A DNA stretch of 44,316 bases from a virus. The DNA is taken from the IMG/VR virus record IMGVR_UViG_3300027822_000004; one strand, given 5' to 3'. Positions 34,319 through 42,320 of this stretch are shown here, piece after piece (the first letter of the stretch is position 1; each line of letters begins with the position of its first letter). A program made the position numbers and the translations under genes. Under the pieces are notes generated by a model. The model saw only the letters and a list, made by a program, of their open reading frames with translations. It was not told the origin of the DNA and made no database searches.

Positions 34319-37057
34319 TTAAACAACTCCTACAATTTGTATTTTCCAATTAACTACATTACTTATTTTCTTTTTTAGACAATAATTTCCTAAAACAACA
34401 TCTACAATAGATGATAAATATCTCCCAATCGTCATTTTATTTCTTGATTTATTATCAAGTAAATCAATTAAAGCTGCACCTAATTCATTTTCATCTGAAC
34501 TTGTATTATCAAAACCATTAAAAGCAACATTAACAATATCTTTTGTAGTAAAATTTTTATCATTAAAATTTTCATATAATTGATGAAGTAAATTTATTTC
34601 AATTAATCTCAAGGGATCATCCATTTGATTTTTTAAAACAGCATCATTTAAATCAATGTTTGTTATTTTATATAATGGTCTTCTAACAAATTTATCCCAT
34701 AATTTAAATCGTGTTGAACCTGCAATTGGTTCCATTTCTTTACCATTTAATATAATAGATAAAATTGCAGAAATTATTCTTTTCCTATTTTCCATAGCCC
34801 ATTGCCCTATATCTTCACGTTTAAAAATACGTGTATTAGGATTCGCCATATTTGGATTAATATTAATTGGATAAACGCGAGTAGCAAAGTCACCAACAAA
34901 CCGTATATTATTACCAGTAAATAACCAAATAACTGAACTTGGAACTTCAATTGTTTTATTTTCTCCCAATTGTCTACCACCAAAAACATCATTAGACATT
35001 GCATTTGCAAGCCTTCCACTTTGAATTGTTGCACCTTGTTTTATATTATCAAATAACACACAACTATGACCCTCTTGTAGTATAGCTAAAATATGTTTTC
35101 CTAATTCTTCTTCATCAGCAGACCAGGAAGAAGCTGCAACAGGTCGATTATAAATAGAATAAGATATCAATTGTGCCAAAGTTGTCTTACCTGAACTTTG
35201 AATTGGTGAAACAATACCATAACCAGGGATACCCGCATCTCCAGCAATTGTAGGTCGCATAACACAAGTTAAAAGAGCAGAAACCGCAACTACTTCATCT
35301 ATTTTTTCATTAAAGGGAAATTCATCAAATACTACTTTTGATAAATATTCATAAGCTTTTTCAGGTTCAATTTTTTTTATTTTTAATTTATGATGAAGCA
35401 TAGTATAAAGACCAGTTCTTTTATTATAACCTTCTTTTTGAATTACTTTCCAATTAGGATCAACATATGGATTTTCCACAATACCTGCAAGCGGTTTAAA
35501 ATTAACATTTTCAGCCTGTCCAATTTCATGAACCAGCTTTTGTGGGGGTTCTATGTCCGTTCCTTTTTCATTTTGATAAACAATATCTTTTGATATTCTA
35601 CTTCCTAATGAATAATAAGGTTTTCGATATGGGATAATAATCGGAATTTTAGGATAATCAATCCCCATTTCATGTGACTTTGATATCTGTCTTATTGTTG
35701 TGGGTTTTCCTAAATCAACTCTTGCAAGTGTTCCACCTATAGTAAAAATTGATGGTTCTTTTTCTGTTTTTGCTAATATGTTCCCAGATTTTTTTACTAC
35801 TTCCCATGCATTTATCGGTGTAACTTTGATTTCATATATTCCATTCGTTTCACGTTCTAATGACTTAGCTTCTTTTGCAGCTTCTTTTTGTTCTTGATCA
35901 CGTTGTAATTCTGCAATTTTAATAGTCTTTTTTATATCTGCAATGCCAAAATTTAAAACTTGAGATATGTTTTGAATTGCAGTTGTTTTATCCATTGGAG
36001 AAAGATCCAAACATTTTTCAGCAAAGTTGGCTTTTACTTCTATATGGTCGGTTGATGCAAGCCATGATAAAATATCTTCTAAAGTTGGTTTATCAACTAT
36101 ATCAACTGCTGAATCTACACTACGCTCAATATCATCAAACCTTTCTTTCCATCTATCATCTTTATATTTTTTTGGAACACTATTCATTGCTCCTTCAAGC
36201 ATTAATTTAACTGTTTGAGCGGGAACTTTTTTATTAATTAAAGATAAGGCCAATTTATTTAATTCATCATGAAAATTTTCAGCAGTAAGGATTTTTTTGA
36301 TACCTGATTTAAGGTTATATTTATCTTTAGGGGTTTGGGTGCGTTTTTTCTTTGGAATTATTGCAATTGGTTCAGGTAACCAATCAAGAACAGAGTTTTG
36401 TTTAGATATATATCCTATAAATTCATCTTCAGGGATTGGATCTTCTTCTCCCTCACAAATTCTTTTTTGGGTATATACTGGTTGAGTTGCAGTTAAAACA
36501 GATGGATCTAAAATATTTCCCCAATCTTTTTCTTTGTTATATTTTTTAATCCATTCTTGAATATCGGTATTATAACATGGCTCTTTTAACCAAAAAAATA
36601 AATGACATTTTAATGTATTGGAAGTCAAAGCATATGAAGCGGAGTATTGATAAATATAATCGGCAGAAGAAAAGGAAAAGGGTAAATGTTCTTGAATAAA
36701 TGCGTCAATATTATGGCCAGAAAAACCGTCAACATCCAAACAAAATAAATTTAATTCGGTATCTGTAATAGTCGGTTTCAATCCATCTTTATGATCGGTT
36801 CTTTTCCGTCTGATCATTTTTTCTTTATTTATACCTTTTATATAAGCACCATGTATGAAAAAAGCAGGGTGTTTTTGATTTTCTTGTAAAATTTTATAAA
36901 CTTCTCTAAGGTTTTTAACAGGGGTTTGGTATCCTTTAAACCATTTCCCGGCTCTATAGCTGTCTAAGAGCGTCCATTTTCCAGAAAAAATATCATATTT
37001 AAAGCTTTTTGTTGCAATGTCACTATTCAGGGGCATGAGAAAATTCATGTTCGGCAT
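34319..37057 (-). CDS. Primase-helicase fusion (AEP prim-pol N-terminal domain plus SF3/D5-like P-loop helicase)
   Basis: FCLDVDGF (DxD) and KCHLFFWL (His motif) of AEP primases are present. Walker A is SPIQSSGKTTLAQ and Walker B is CVLFDNI. The track start at 37099 lies inside the promoter spacer. The ATG at 37057 (MPNMNF) has AAGGA 6 nt upstream. Confidence 0.8.
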   Translation of the reverse strand: MPNMNFLMPLNSDIATKSFKYDIFSGKWTLLDSYRAGKWFKGYQTPVKNLREVYKILQENQKHPAFFIHGAYIKGINKEKMIRRKRTDHKDGLKPTITDTELNLFCLDVDGFSGHNIDAFIQEHLPFSFSSADYIYQYSASYALTSNTLKCHLFFWLKEPCYNTDIQEWIKKYNKEKDWGNILDPSVLTATQPVYTQKRICEGEEDPIPEDEFIGYISKQNSVLDWLPEPIAIIPKKKRTQTPKDKYNLKSGIKKILTAENFHDELNKLALSLINKKVPAQTVKLMLEGAMNSVPKKYKDDRWKERFDDIERSVDSAVDIVDKPTLEDILSWLASTDHIEVKANFAEKCLDLSPMDKTTAIQNISQVLNFGIADIKKTIKIAELQRDQEQKEAAKEAKSLERETNGIYEIKVTPINAWEVVKKSGNILAKTEKEPSIFTIGGTLARVDLGKPTTIRQISKSHEMGIDYPKIPIIIPYRKPYYSLGSRISKDIVYQNEKGTDIEPPQKLVHEIGQAENVNFKPLAGIVENPYVDPNWKVIQKEGYNKRTGLYTMLHHKLKIKKIEPEKAYEYLSKVVFDEFPFNEKIDEVVAVSALLTCVMRPTIAGDAGIPGYGIVSPIQSSGKTTLAQLISYSIYNRPVAASSWSADEEELGKHILAILQEGHSCVLFDNIKQGATIQSGRLANAMSNDVFGGRQLGENKTIEVPSSVIWLFTGNNIRFVGDFATRVYPININPNMANPNTRIFKREDIGQWAMENRKRIISAILSIILNGKEMEPIAGSTRFKLWDKFVRRPLYKITNIDLNDAVLKNQMDDPLRLIEINLLHQLYENFNDKNFTTKDIVNVAFNGFDNTSSDENELGAALIDLLDNKSRNKMTIGRYLSSIVDVVLGNYCLKKKISNVVNWKIQIVGVV

Positions 37058-37087
37058 AAGAAATCCTTTCAATTTTAAGATAAACCC

Positions 37088-37116
37088 AATATAATACAAA
37101 AAATTAGGGATTGCAA
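37088..37116 (-). promoter_or_regulatory. Sigma70-type promoter TTGCAA-N17-TATATT with an ATCCCTAA box abutting the -35
   Basis: The -35 is at 37111-37116 and the -10 at 37088-37093 (revcomp). TTAGGGAT at 37104-37111 lies in the spacer. Confidence 0.5.
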
Positions 37117-37159
37117 GGGTTATTTTCTTAAAATATTAAAAAAAATTAAAAAATAAGTG

Positions 37160-37188
37160 TTGACAGATCCCTAAAAACCCTATATAAT
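37160..37188 (+). promoter_or_regulatory. Consensus sigma70 promoter TTGACA-N17-TATAAT with ATCCCTAA and ACCCTA boxes in the spacer
   Basis: ttgaca at 37160-37165 and tataat at 37183-37188. The spacer reads gATCCCTAAaaACCCTa. Confidence 0.7.
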
Positions 37189-37222
37189 GTAATTAAACAA
37201 CAAACAAAAGGAGACTTTAACC

Positions 37223-37417
37223 ATGGATCACTCTCAAGCAAATAAAATAAAAACCTTACAAAACCGGGGAGATCTTTTACGCAAAGCAATAGCAAATATT
37301 AAATATAGCCTTATTAAACAACCCAATAACCAAACAATAGTAAGACTTCTGGCCAGTAAAATTAAATTAATTGACAAAGAGACAACTGAGCTTGAATACC
37401 GTTTCTATACTAATTAA
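37223..37417 (+). CDS. Early hypothetical protein
   Basis: 64 aa. AAGGAG RBS. First gene after the consensus promoter. Confidence 0.55.
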   Translation: MDHSQANKIKTLQNRGDLLRKAIANIKYSLIKQPNNQTIVRLLASKIKLIDKETTELEYRFYTN

Positions 37418-37438
37418 CCCAAACAAAAGGAGCTAACA

Positions 37439-37678
37439 ATGGAATACGTAACAATCATAAAAAAAGAAATAACTGTATATAAAAAGAAAATTCTCCGATC
37501 TGAGTTTGATAAACTTAATTCAATGGAATTTAAAAATTCATCTTTTCATCGTGATGCTCATATTTCTGAGAACTTACAAGGAAAAATGATGGGGGATGAT
37601 ATTACATTTTATGAAAGAACTACAATTGTTAATGATGAAACTGGAGAAAAATTATTCAAATATAATGTAATTAAATAA
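37439..37678 (+). CDS. Early hypothetical protein
   Basis: 79 aa. AAGGAG RBS. Confidence 0.55.
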   Translation: MEYVTIIKKEITVYKKKILRSEFDKLNSMEFKNSSFHRDAHISENLQGKMMGDDITFYERTTIVNDETGEKLFKYNVIK

Positions 37679-37687
37679 AAAAATAAC

Positions 37688-37716
37688 TTGACATACCCTA
37701 AATATTCCTATAGTTT
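37688..37716 (+). promoter_or_regulatory. Sigma70-type promoter TTGACA-N17-TAGTTT with an ACCCTAA box after the -35
   Basis: ttgaca at 37688-37693 and tagttt at 37711-37716. ACCCTAA at 37695-37701 sits at the same offset as in the 37160 promoter. Confidence 0.5.
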
Positions 37717-37740
37717 GAATTTAGATTTTAATTTAAACAT

Positions 37741-37851
37741 GAGGATAGTGGCGAAACAGATATACGCTGAAGTTATGGGAGATTAACGAAGGTGTGCCAT
37801 AACCCTAAACGAATCAGTTAATCATACAGGTTTGAATCCTGTCTATCCTCA
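37741..37851 (+). ncRNA. Atypical tRNA-like RNA element (acceptor stem, D-like arm, T-arm and a 57-nt non-canonical core)
   Basis: gaggatag 37741-37748 pairs with ctatcctc 37843-37850. The T-arm is acagg/tttgaat/cctgt at 37826-37842. The D-like stem is ggcg 37750-37753 with cgct 37765-37768. No canonical anticodon arm can be drawn. Confidence 0.35.
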
Positions 37852-37878
37852 CTCATTAACCCCTAAATGGAGGAAAAA

Positions 37879-38238
37879 ATGATTATCAAAAAACGAGACA
37901 CACAGAATTTAAAAGGAATCAACAAACCCGGAACTCCTGCTATTCCAGCACGTGAAGCTGTTCCTGCCACCCCCGCTGAATGCATACTGCCTATTGTATG
38001 TAAAACAGAAGAAATCGCTGATGAAATGATTAGAAGGATGGACATTGAGGGTTATCAAGCCATGTTCGATGGTCAAAAATATCCCTATGGAACTGATCTT
38101 CTAATTCAATTTAAAGCTGAGACAAGAGAAGAATTGCTCGAAGCCGTTAAGACTTGTAAATCTGATGAATATAATGGTAGCTCAGATTCAGAGCTTTCAG
38201 AATCGGATTTGAAAAAAGCTGATGATATTGATGAGTAA
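37879..38238 (+). CDS. Hypothetical protein with a strongly acidic C-terminus
   Basis: The track start is 37867. The ATG at 37879 has GGAGG 5 nt upstream. The C-terminus reads SDEYNGSSDSELSESDLKKADDIDE. Confidence 0.5.
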   Translation: MIIKKRDTQNLKGINKPGTPAIPAREAVPATPAECILPIVCKTEEIADEMIRRMDIEGYQAMFDGQKYPYGTDLLIQFKAETREELLEAVKTCKSDEYNGSSDSELSESDLKKADDIDE

Positions 38239-38241
38239 AAA

Positions 38242-38286
38242 TTTGATTTATTTATAAGATCGATATAAATATATAAATAAATCAAA
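38242..38286. repeat. Perfect 15-bp inverted repeat tttgatttatttata / tataaataaatcaaa with a 15-nt loop
   Basis: 38242-38256 pairs with 38272-38286, 4 nt after the upstream stop codon. agatcg follows both arms. Confidence 0.85.
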
Positions 38287-38403
38287 GATCGGGAGGTTCG
38301 CTACCTCTAGCCGCCAGGACGGTATATAAGATATTGGTTTATATTCAAGAAATATAAGAGCTGCCTTATTTAAGGAAATATAAAAGATACGACCAAAGAC
38401 GCC

Positions 38404-38423
38404 ATGCCCGACCGTTCGGGCAT
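38404..38423. other. GC-rich 8-bp hairpin atgcccga-ccgt-tcgggcat
   Basis: Read directly. No U-tract follows on either strand. Confidence 0.6.
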
Positions 38424-38497
38424 CCCAACTAATATCCTGGATTTAAAAAAGAACGTAAAACGTAAAAAACACTTATTGTACAATTTGAGAGGTTAAA

Positions 38498-38695
38498 ATG
38501 AGTTTAATACCTTTAAATGAAATTGATTTTCAATGGAATAGTTGGATTGATATTAAAAAATTAAAAAAATCAATGAAACAATGGGAACCAACCAGTTTAG
38601 GGTCAGAACACTGTTTGAAACATGATACCTATTTTTTAAGAATAGATGCTCCTTGTTGGCAATGTTTACATGATGCTAAATTAAAAAAGGAATAA
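38498..38695 (+). CDS. Hypothetical protein
   Basis: 65-aa ORF with a GAGG RBS. Confidence 0.5.
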   Translation: MSLIPLNEIDFQWNSWIDIKKLKKSMKQWEPTSLGSEHCLKHDTYFLRIDAPCWQCLHDAKLKKE

Positions 38696-38698
38696 AAA

Positions 38699-39073
38699 AT
38701 GAAAATAAACCCTGATTTAATAAAACTTTGGTTAGAAATAAAAGACCAGCTTGACGAAAACAAGGCTCATGAAATGAAAATTCGCGAACAAATCGCAGAA
38801 CATATCCTTGACGGCAAAATTAAAGGAGCTAAAAAGGGTTCAATCGGTCCATATAGTCTGACAGCTACAGGTAAAATCAACTATACTATTGATAATGAAT
38901 TTCTTCAAGCAATGTGGCCAAACTTAACATCTGCTGAAAAAGAAGCAATTAAATATAAACCGTTAATTGTGGCATCAAAATATAAAACTCTTGACGCAAA
39001 TTGTAAGTTGAACAAGGCAATTACTTCAAAGCCGGGAGCACCGACTTTGAAACTTAATAGTGTGGATAAATGA
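38699..39073 (+). CDS. Hypothetical protein preceding the recombination module
   Basis: 124-aa ORF with tight spacing to its neighbours. Confidence 0.5.
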   Translation: MKINPDLIKLWLEIKDQLDENKAHEMKIREQIAEHILDGKIKGAKKGSIGPYSLTATGKINYTIDNEFLQAMWPNLTSAEKEAIKYKPLIVASKYKTLDANCKLNKAITSKPGAPTLKLNSVDK

Positions 39074-39174
39074 AAATAACCATGAAAAAAATAATTAATA
39101 TAGCTAAAATAGTTATTCCATTGTTAGGAGTAATTTATGTTGTTTACATGTCAATTATAACTTATGGAGGATAA
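39070..39174 (+). CDS. Possible 34-aa membrane peptide
   Basis: Hand-translated as MKITMKKIINIAKIVIPLLGVIYVVYMSIITYGG. ATGA overlap upstream. Fills the gap before 39177. Confidence 0.25.
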   Translation: MKITMKKIINIAKIVIPLLGVIYVVYMSIITYGG

Positions 39175-39176
39175 AA

Positions 39177-39875
39177 ATGGCAATCAAATTAACAACAACA
39201 AAAGAATCTGAATCACACGTTAAATGTTTGGTTCACGGGCCAGCAGGAATAGGAAAAACAGTTCTTTCCTCAACTGCCCCTAAACCCATAATCATTTCAG
39301 CGGAACATGGTCTTTTGAGTTTGAAAGACTTTGAAATTCCCGTTATCATGATTGAAAATCATGTTGACTTAATTGAAGCCTATGAATTTGTAACAACTAA
39401 AAAAGAAGCAAAAGGTTTTCAAACAATTGTCCTTGATTCAATTAGTGATATTGCGGAAGTTATACTTGATTACTTTAAAAAGAATCCGGAGAATAATAAC
39501 ACAAATCCACAAGCCGCATATGGTTCATATGCTGACACTTTACTTCCATTAATCAAAAAGTTCCGTGATATCCCGGACAAACACGTTTACTTTATCGCAA
39601 AAACCAAACGGATAAAAGATGATTATACTGGTATCACTCAATGGGGTCCATCCATGCCGGGTCAACAATTGGGGCAGAATATTCCATATCTTTTTGACTT
39701 GGTGCTTGCCATGCGACCGGGAGAAGATAAGGACGGAAACAAATTTCGATACCTACAGACAGCCGCAGATATTCAATGGGAAGCCAAAGACCGATCCGGA
39801 AAATTAAGCCCAATTGAAGAGCCGCATTTGGGTAAAATATTTGATAAGGTTTTGGGGAAAGGAGGTAAGAAGTAA
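39177..39875 (+). CDS. Sak4-like RecA-fold ATPase (AAA_24-type recombination protein)
   Basis: Walker A is HGPAGIGKT and Walker B is IVLDSIS. The 232-aa size and the pairing with a DUF669-like gene are typical. Confidence 0.65.
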   Translation: MAIKLTTTKESESHVKCLVHGPAGIGKTVLSSTAPKPIIISAEHGLLSLKDFEIPVIMIENHVDLIEAYEFVTTKKEAKGFQTIVLDSISDIAEVILDYFKKNPENNNTNPQAAYGSYADTLLPLIKKFRDIPDKHVYFIAKTKRIKDDYTGITQWGPSMPGQQLGQNIPYLFDLVLAMRPGEDKDGNKFRYLQTAADIQWEAKDRSGKLSPIEEPHLGKIFDKVLGKGGKK

Positions 39876-40031
39876 ATGAAACTTAGATGGTTAAAACTCT
39901 GTGACAAAAACGGAGTGAAAACAGAATCCATCCTTCAATATTGGGATGGTAAAAGTTGGAAAGATGTAACACTTTTCGAATGCAAAACTTGGCAAGAAGA
40001 CAAATACTTGCAAGATGAAAATGCAGTATAA
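39876..40031 (+). CDS. Small hypothetical protein (51 aa)
   Basis: Hand-translated as MKLRWLKLCDKNGVKTESILQYWDGKSWKDVTLFECKTWQEDKYLQDENAV. It starts directly after the upstream stop. Confidence 0.35.
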   Translation: MKLRWLKLCDKNGVKTESILQYWDGKSWKDVTLFECKTWQEDKYLQDENAV

Positions 40032-40065
40032 TAATAATAATAATTAACAAAAAAGGAGAACAAAA

Positions 40066-40542
40066 ATGGTAGAATTAGGCGGCACATTTGATAGTGATGG
40101 TTATGATGATATGAGTAATTTTGAACCAATTCCCAAGGGAGAGTATTTAGTTCAGGTTGTAGAATCCGATTTTAAAACGACAAAAGATCAACAGGGAAGA
40201 TTTATTGAGTTAAAGTTTGAAGTACTCAATGGAGAATATAAAGGTCGTTTTATTTGGACACGTTTAAATGTCCAAAATAAAAATCAAATGGCAGTTGATA
40301 TTGCAAATAAAGAGTTTGCAACAATTTGTCGAGCAATGGGAAAAGGAAAAATAACTGATACTCAACAGCTTCATGGAATCCCTGTCTTAATGACAGTAAA
40401 AGTTGTCCCTGCAAAAGGCAATTTTGATGCAACAAATTCACCAACAGGATATAAACCGGTTACTGAAAATCCTGCAAATGTAAATGAGACGAGCCAAGAT
40501 AAAAAAGAAGAAGCAAAGCCGGATGTTCCTTGGCCTACTTAA
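40066..40542 (+). CDS. DUF669-like putative ssDNA-binding protein
   Basis: The FEPIPKGEYLVQVVESDFKTTKDQQGRFIELKFEVLNGEYKGRFIW pattern is typical of the DUF669 family that accompanies Sak4-like ATPases. The C-terminal tail is acidic. Confidence 0.5.
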   Translation: MVELGGTFDSDGYDDMSNFEPIPKGEYLVQVVESDFKTTKDQQGRFIELKFEVLNGEYKGRFIWTRLNVQNKNQMAVDIANKEFATICRAMGKGKITDTQQLHGIPVLMTVKVVPAKGNFDATNSPTGYKPVTENPANVNETSQDKKEEAKPDVPWPT

Positions 40543-40639
40543 ACATTAATTAAAACCAAAGTCGGTGACCCATTAAAAATACTCCCGGTTGATAGGTCTA
40601 TTATATACGGAGAGACACGACTTTTAAAAAGGTTAAAAA

Positions 40640-40840
40640 ATGAAAACAAAAATTGAAGAAAAATTAATCAAATGTAAAAAGTGTAAAAGAAAAACCGTTC
40701 ATATTCGCAACACAAAACGATGGACTTTAGGACGGATATTAACTGTGGCATTAATGGCATGGTTAACTATTGGAATTTCACTTCTTTTCGTTTCAAGTGG
40801 AAATGAAAAATGGTTATGTAGAAATTGTATGGGAGTATAA
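40640..40840 (+). CDS. Zinc-ribbon plus TM small protein
   Basis: CKKCKRK ... CRNC pattern flanking a hydrophobic segment. Confidence 0.45.
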   Translation: MKTKIEEKLIKCKKCKRKTVHIRNTKRWTLGRILTVALMAWLTIGISLLFVSSGNEKWLCRNCMGV

Positions 40841-40843
40841 AAA

Positions 40844-41014
40844 ATGCATTGTCCCTATACCATAAAAGATATCATTGGAGCCGTTCTTTTAACTTCAGCT
40901 ATTATTGCTCCATCTTGTTTACTTCTTGGTTATTGGAATGGTCTTGCCGGAAATTGGAGATATCATCAAAAAAAATATAAGGTTACAAAGGAAGAAATAA
41001 GATGGAAGAAATAA
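40844..41014 (+). CDS. Possible small membrane protein (56 aa)
   Basis: Hand-translated as MHCPYTIKDIIGAVLLTSAIIAPSCLLLGYWNGLAGNWRYHQKKYKVTKEEIRWKK. Confidence 0.3.
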   Translation: MHCPYTIKDIIGAVLLTSAIIAPSCLLLGYWNGLAGNWRYHQKKYKVTKEEIRWKK

Positions 41015-41187
41015 AAGCATATAAAGTTGGAAAGAAAATTTTTGAAAATAAAAAAGAGGCAAAAAGGTATGAACAAGAACAACAATTTTTTCATGTATTA
41101 TGGAATTGCAAAATATCTTTAAAAGATTTATTAATATGCATGGAAAATCATCCAAAAGAATTTAAACAAATGTTGGAGAATTTATAA
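41002..41187 (+). CDS. Hypothetical protein
   Basis: 61-aa ORF. Confidence 0.4.
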   Translation: MEEIKAYKVGKKIFENKKEAKRYEQEQQFFHVLWNCKISLKDLLICMENHPKEFKQMLENL

Positions 41188-41188
41188 A

Positions 41189-42016
41189 ATGGCAAAACTC
41201 CCAATAGACCAAAGATTAAAAGTTGAAAAACAAATAGAAGATAAATTTGTGATACAAAACTTTAGAGCTTATCTTGGCATTTCTCAAATAGCAAAACCAT
41301 GCCCCCGTGAATTATGGTATAGTTTTAGATGGTGCGCTCAAACAAAAATAACTGCAAGGGTTAATCGATTATTCCAAAGAGGGCATAGAGAAGAAGCAAT
41401 CATTCAAGCAGATCTCAGAGAAATAGGAATCAAACACCATTCAGACCAAAAAGAAGTAGTTGATGGAAACGGACATATTAAAGGGCATATTGATGATATA
41501 CTTGAAAATGTTCCCGATGCCCCTAAAACCCCTCACCTGGGAGAATATAAAACTCACAATGACAAATCATTCAAAAGTTTAAAATCAAAAGGATTAATAA
41601 AATCAAAACCCATGCACTATGGTCAAATGATTTGTTATATGCATAAATTAAAATTAAAACGTGGGCTTTATATCGCAGTAAATAAAAATGATGATGCTCG
41701 TTATTATGAAAGGATATCCGAAAATAAAACAAAAGCAATAGAATATTTCCAACGTGGTTTCGATATAATTTCTACTGAAATCCCGCCAAAAAAAATAAAT
41801 ACTTCTCCTACATGGTATGAATGCAAATTTTGTGATTATCAAAATATTTGTCATTTCAATGAAAAACCATTAAAGAACTGTAGAACTTGTCAATTTGCAG
41901 ATATATGTGATGATGGTGTATGGGAATGCAGTCATTATAAAAATAAAATATCCACAAAAGTACAAAGAATAAGTATTGGTTGTCCATCATATAAATTATT
42001 GGAGACTTTGAGATGA
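41189..42016 (+). CDS. PD-(D/E)xK exonuclease, Cas4/RecB-like with Cys cluster
   Basis: GHIDDIL ... GEYKTHN core (D ... ExK). The N-terminal Cys (KPCPREL) plus CKFCDYQNIC matches the Cas4-type 4-Cys cluster. A second Cys-rich tail is present (CRTCQFADIC ... C ... C). Confidence 0.65.
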   Translation: MAKLPIDQRLKVEKQIEDKFVIQNFRAYLGISQIAKPCPRELWYSFRWCAQTKITARVNRLFQRGHREEAIIQADLREIGIKHHSDQKEVVDGNGHIKGHIDDILENVPDAPKTPHLGEYKTHNDKSFKSLKSKGLIKSKPMHYGQMICYMHKLKLKRGLYIAVNKNDDARYYERISENKTKAIEYFQRGFDIISTEIPPKKINTSPTWYECKFCDYQNICHFNEKPLKNCRTCQFADICDDGVWECSHYKNKISTKVQRISIGCPSYKLLETLR

Positions 42017-42125
42017 AAATAAAACATAAAAAGAATGCTGGTCAATTTACTAAAAAAAGAAATAAGAATCGAATAAACAATAAAATTTCTAAAACATCTA
42101 AAAGAAAAAACAGGAGTAAATAAAA

Positions 42126-42320
42126 ATGAAAGAACAAAACTATTACTTCACCTTTTGTGGTCATCATCTTCAAGCAAGAAATTATGTTAAAATTTTTGGG
42201 ACTTATGAAAGTACCAGAATAGAAATGTGTAAACGTTATGGGGATAAATGGGGTTTTCAATATGAAGAAAAAGAAGCTGATGAAGCTGTTCATAAATGGG
42301 GATTAAAGGAGATTAAATAA
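42126..42320 (+). CDS. Hypothetical protein
   Basis: 64-aa ORF. Confidence 0.45.
   Translation: MKEQNYYFTFCGHHLQARNYVKIFGTYESTRIEMCKRYGDKWGFQYEEKEADEAVHKWGLKEIK

Noticed and set aside
37058-37099. ORF-track start of the primase-helicase at 37099 (MYYIGFILKLKGFL...).
   Set aside because: These codons overlap the -10 box and spacer of the predicted minus-strand promoter and have no RBS. The ATG at 37057 with AAGGA upstream is preferred.
37088-37222. Divergent promoter hub considered as a lysogeny (CI/Cro-type) switch.
   Set aside because: No integrase, excisionase, or CI/Cro-like HTH repressor gene was recognised anywhere in the genome. The divergent genes are a primase-helicase and small early proteins.
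38291-38316. T-arm-like sequence ggagg-ttcgcta-cctct followed by agccgcc, considered as the 3' part of a tRNA.
   Set aside because: There is no complementary 5' acceptor strand (ggcggct) within 100 nt upstream, and position 58 of the putative T-loop is C. It is not a tRNA.
40029-40045. (TAA/AAT) trinucleotide microsatellite, tataataataataataat, between 39876-40031 and 40066, considered as a phase-variable tract.
   Set aside because: It is intergenic, only about five units long, and typical of AT-rich spacer DNA. There is no gene whose frame or promoter spacing it would obviously control.
40575-40640. 7-bp long-range complement aaagtcg ... cgacttt downstream of the SSB-like gene, considered as a terminator or ncRNA.
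   Set aside because: It has a ~50-nt unstructured loop and a short stem. This is within chance expectation for this sequence length.
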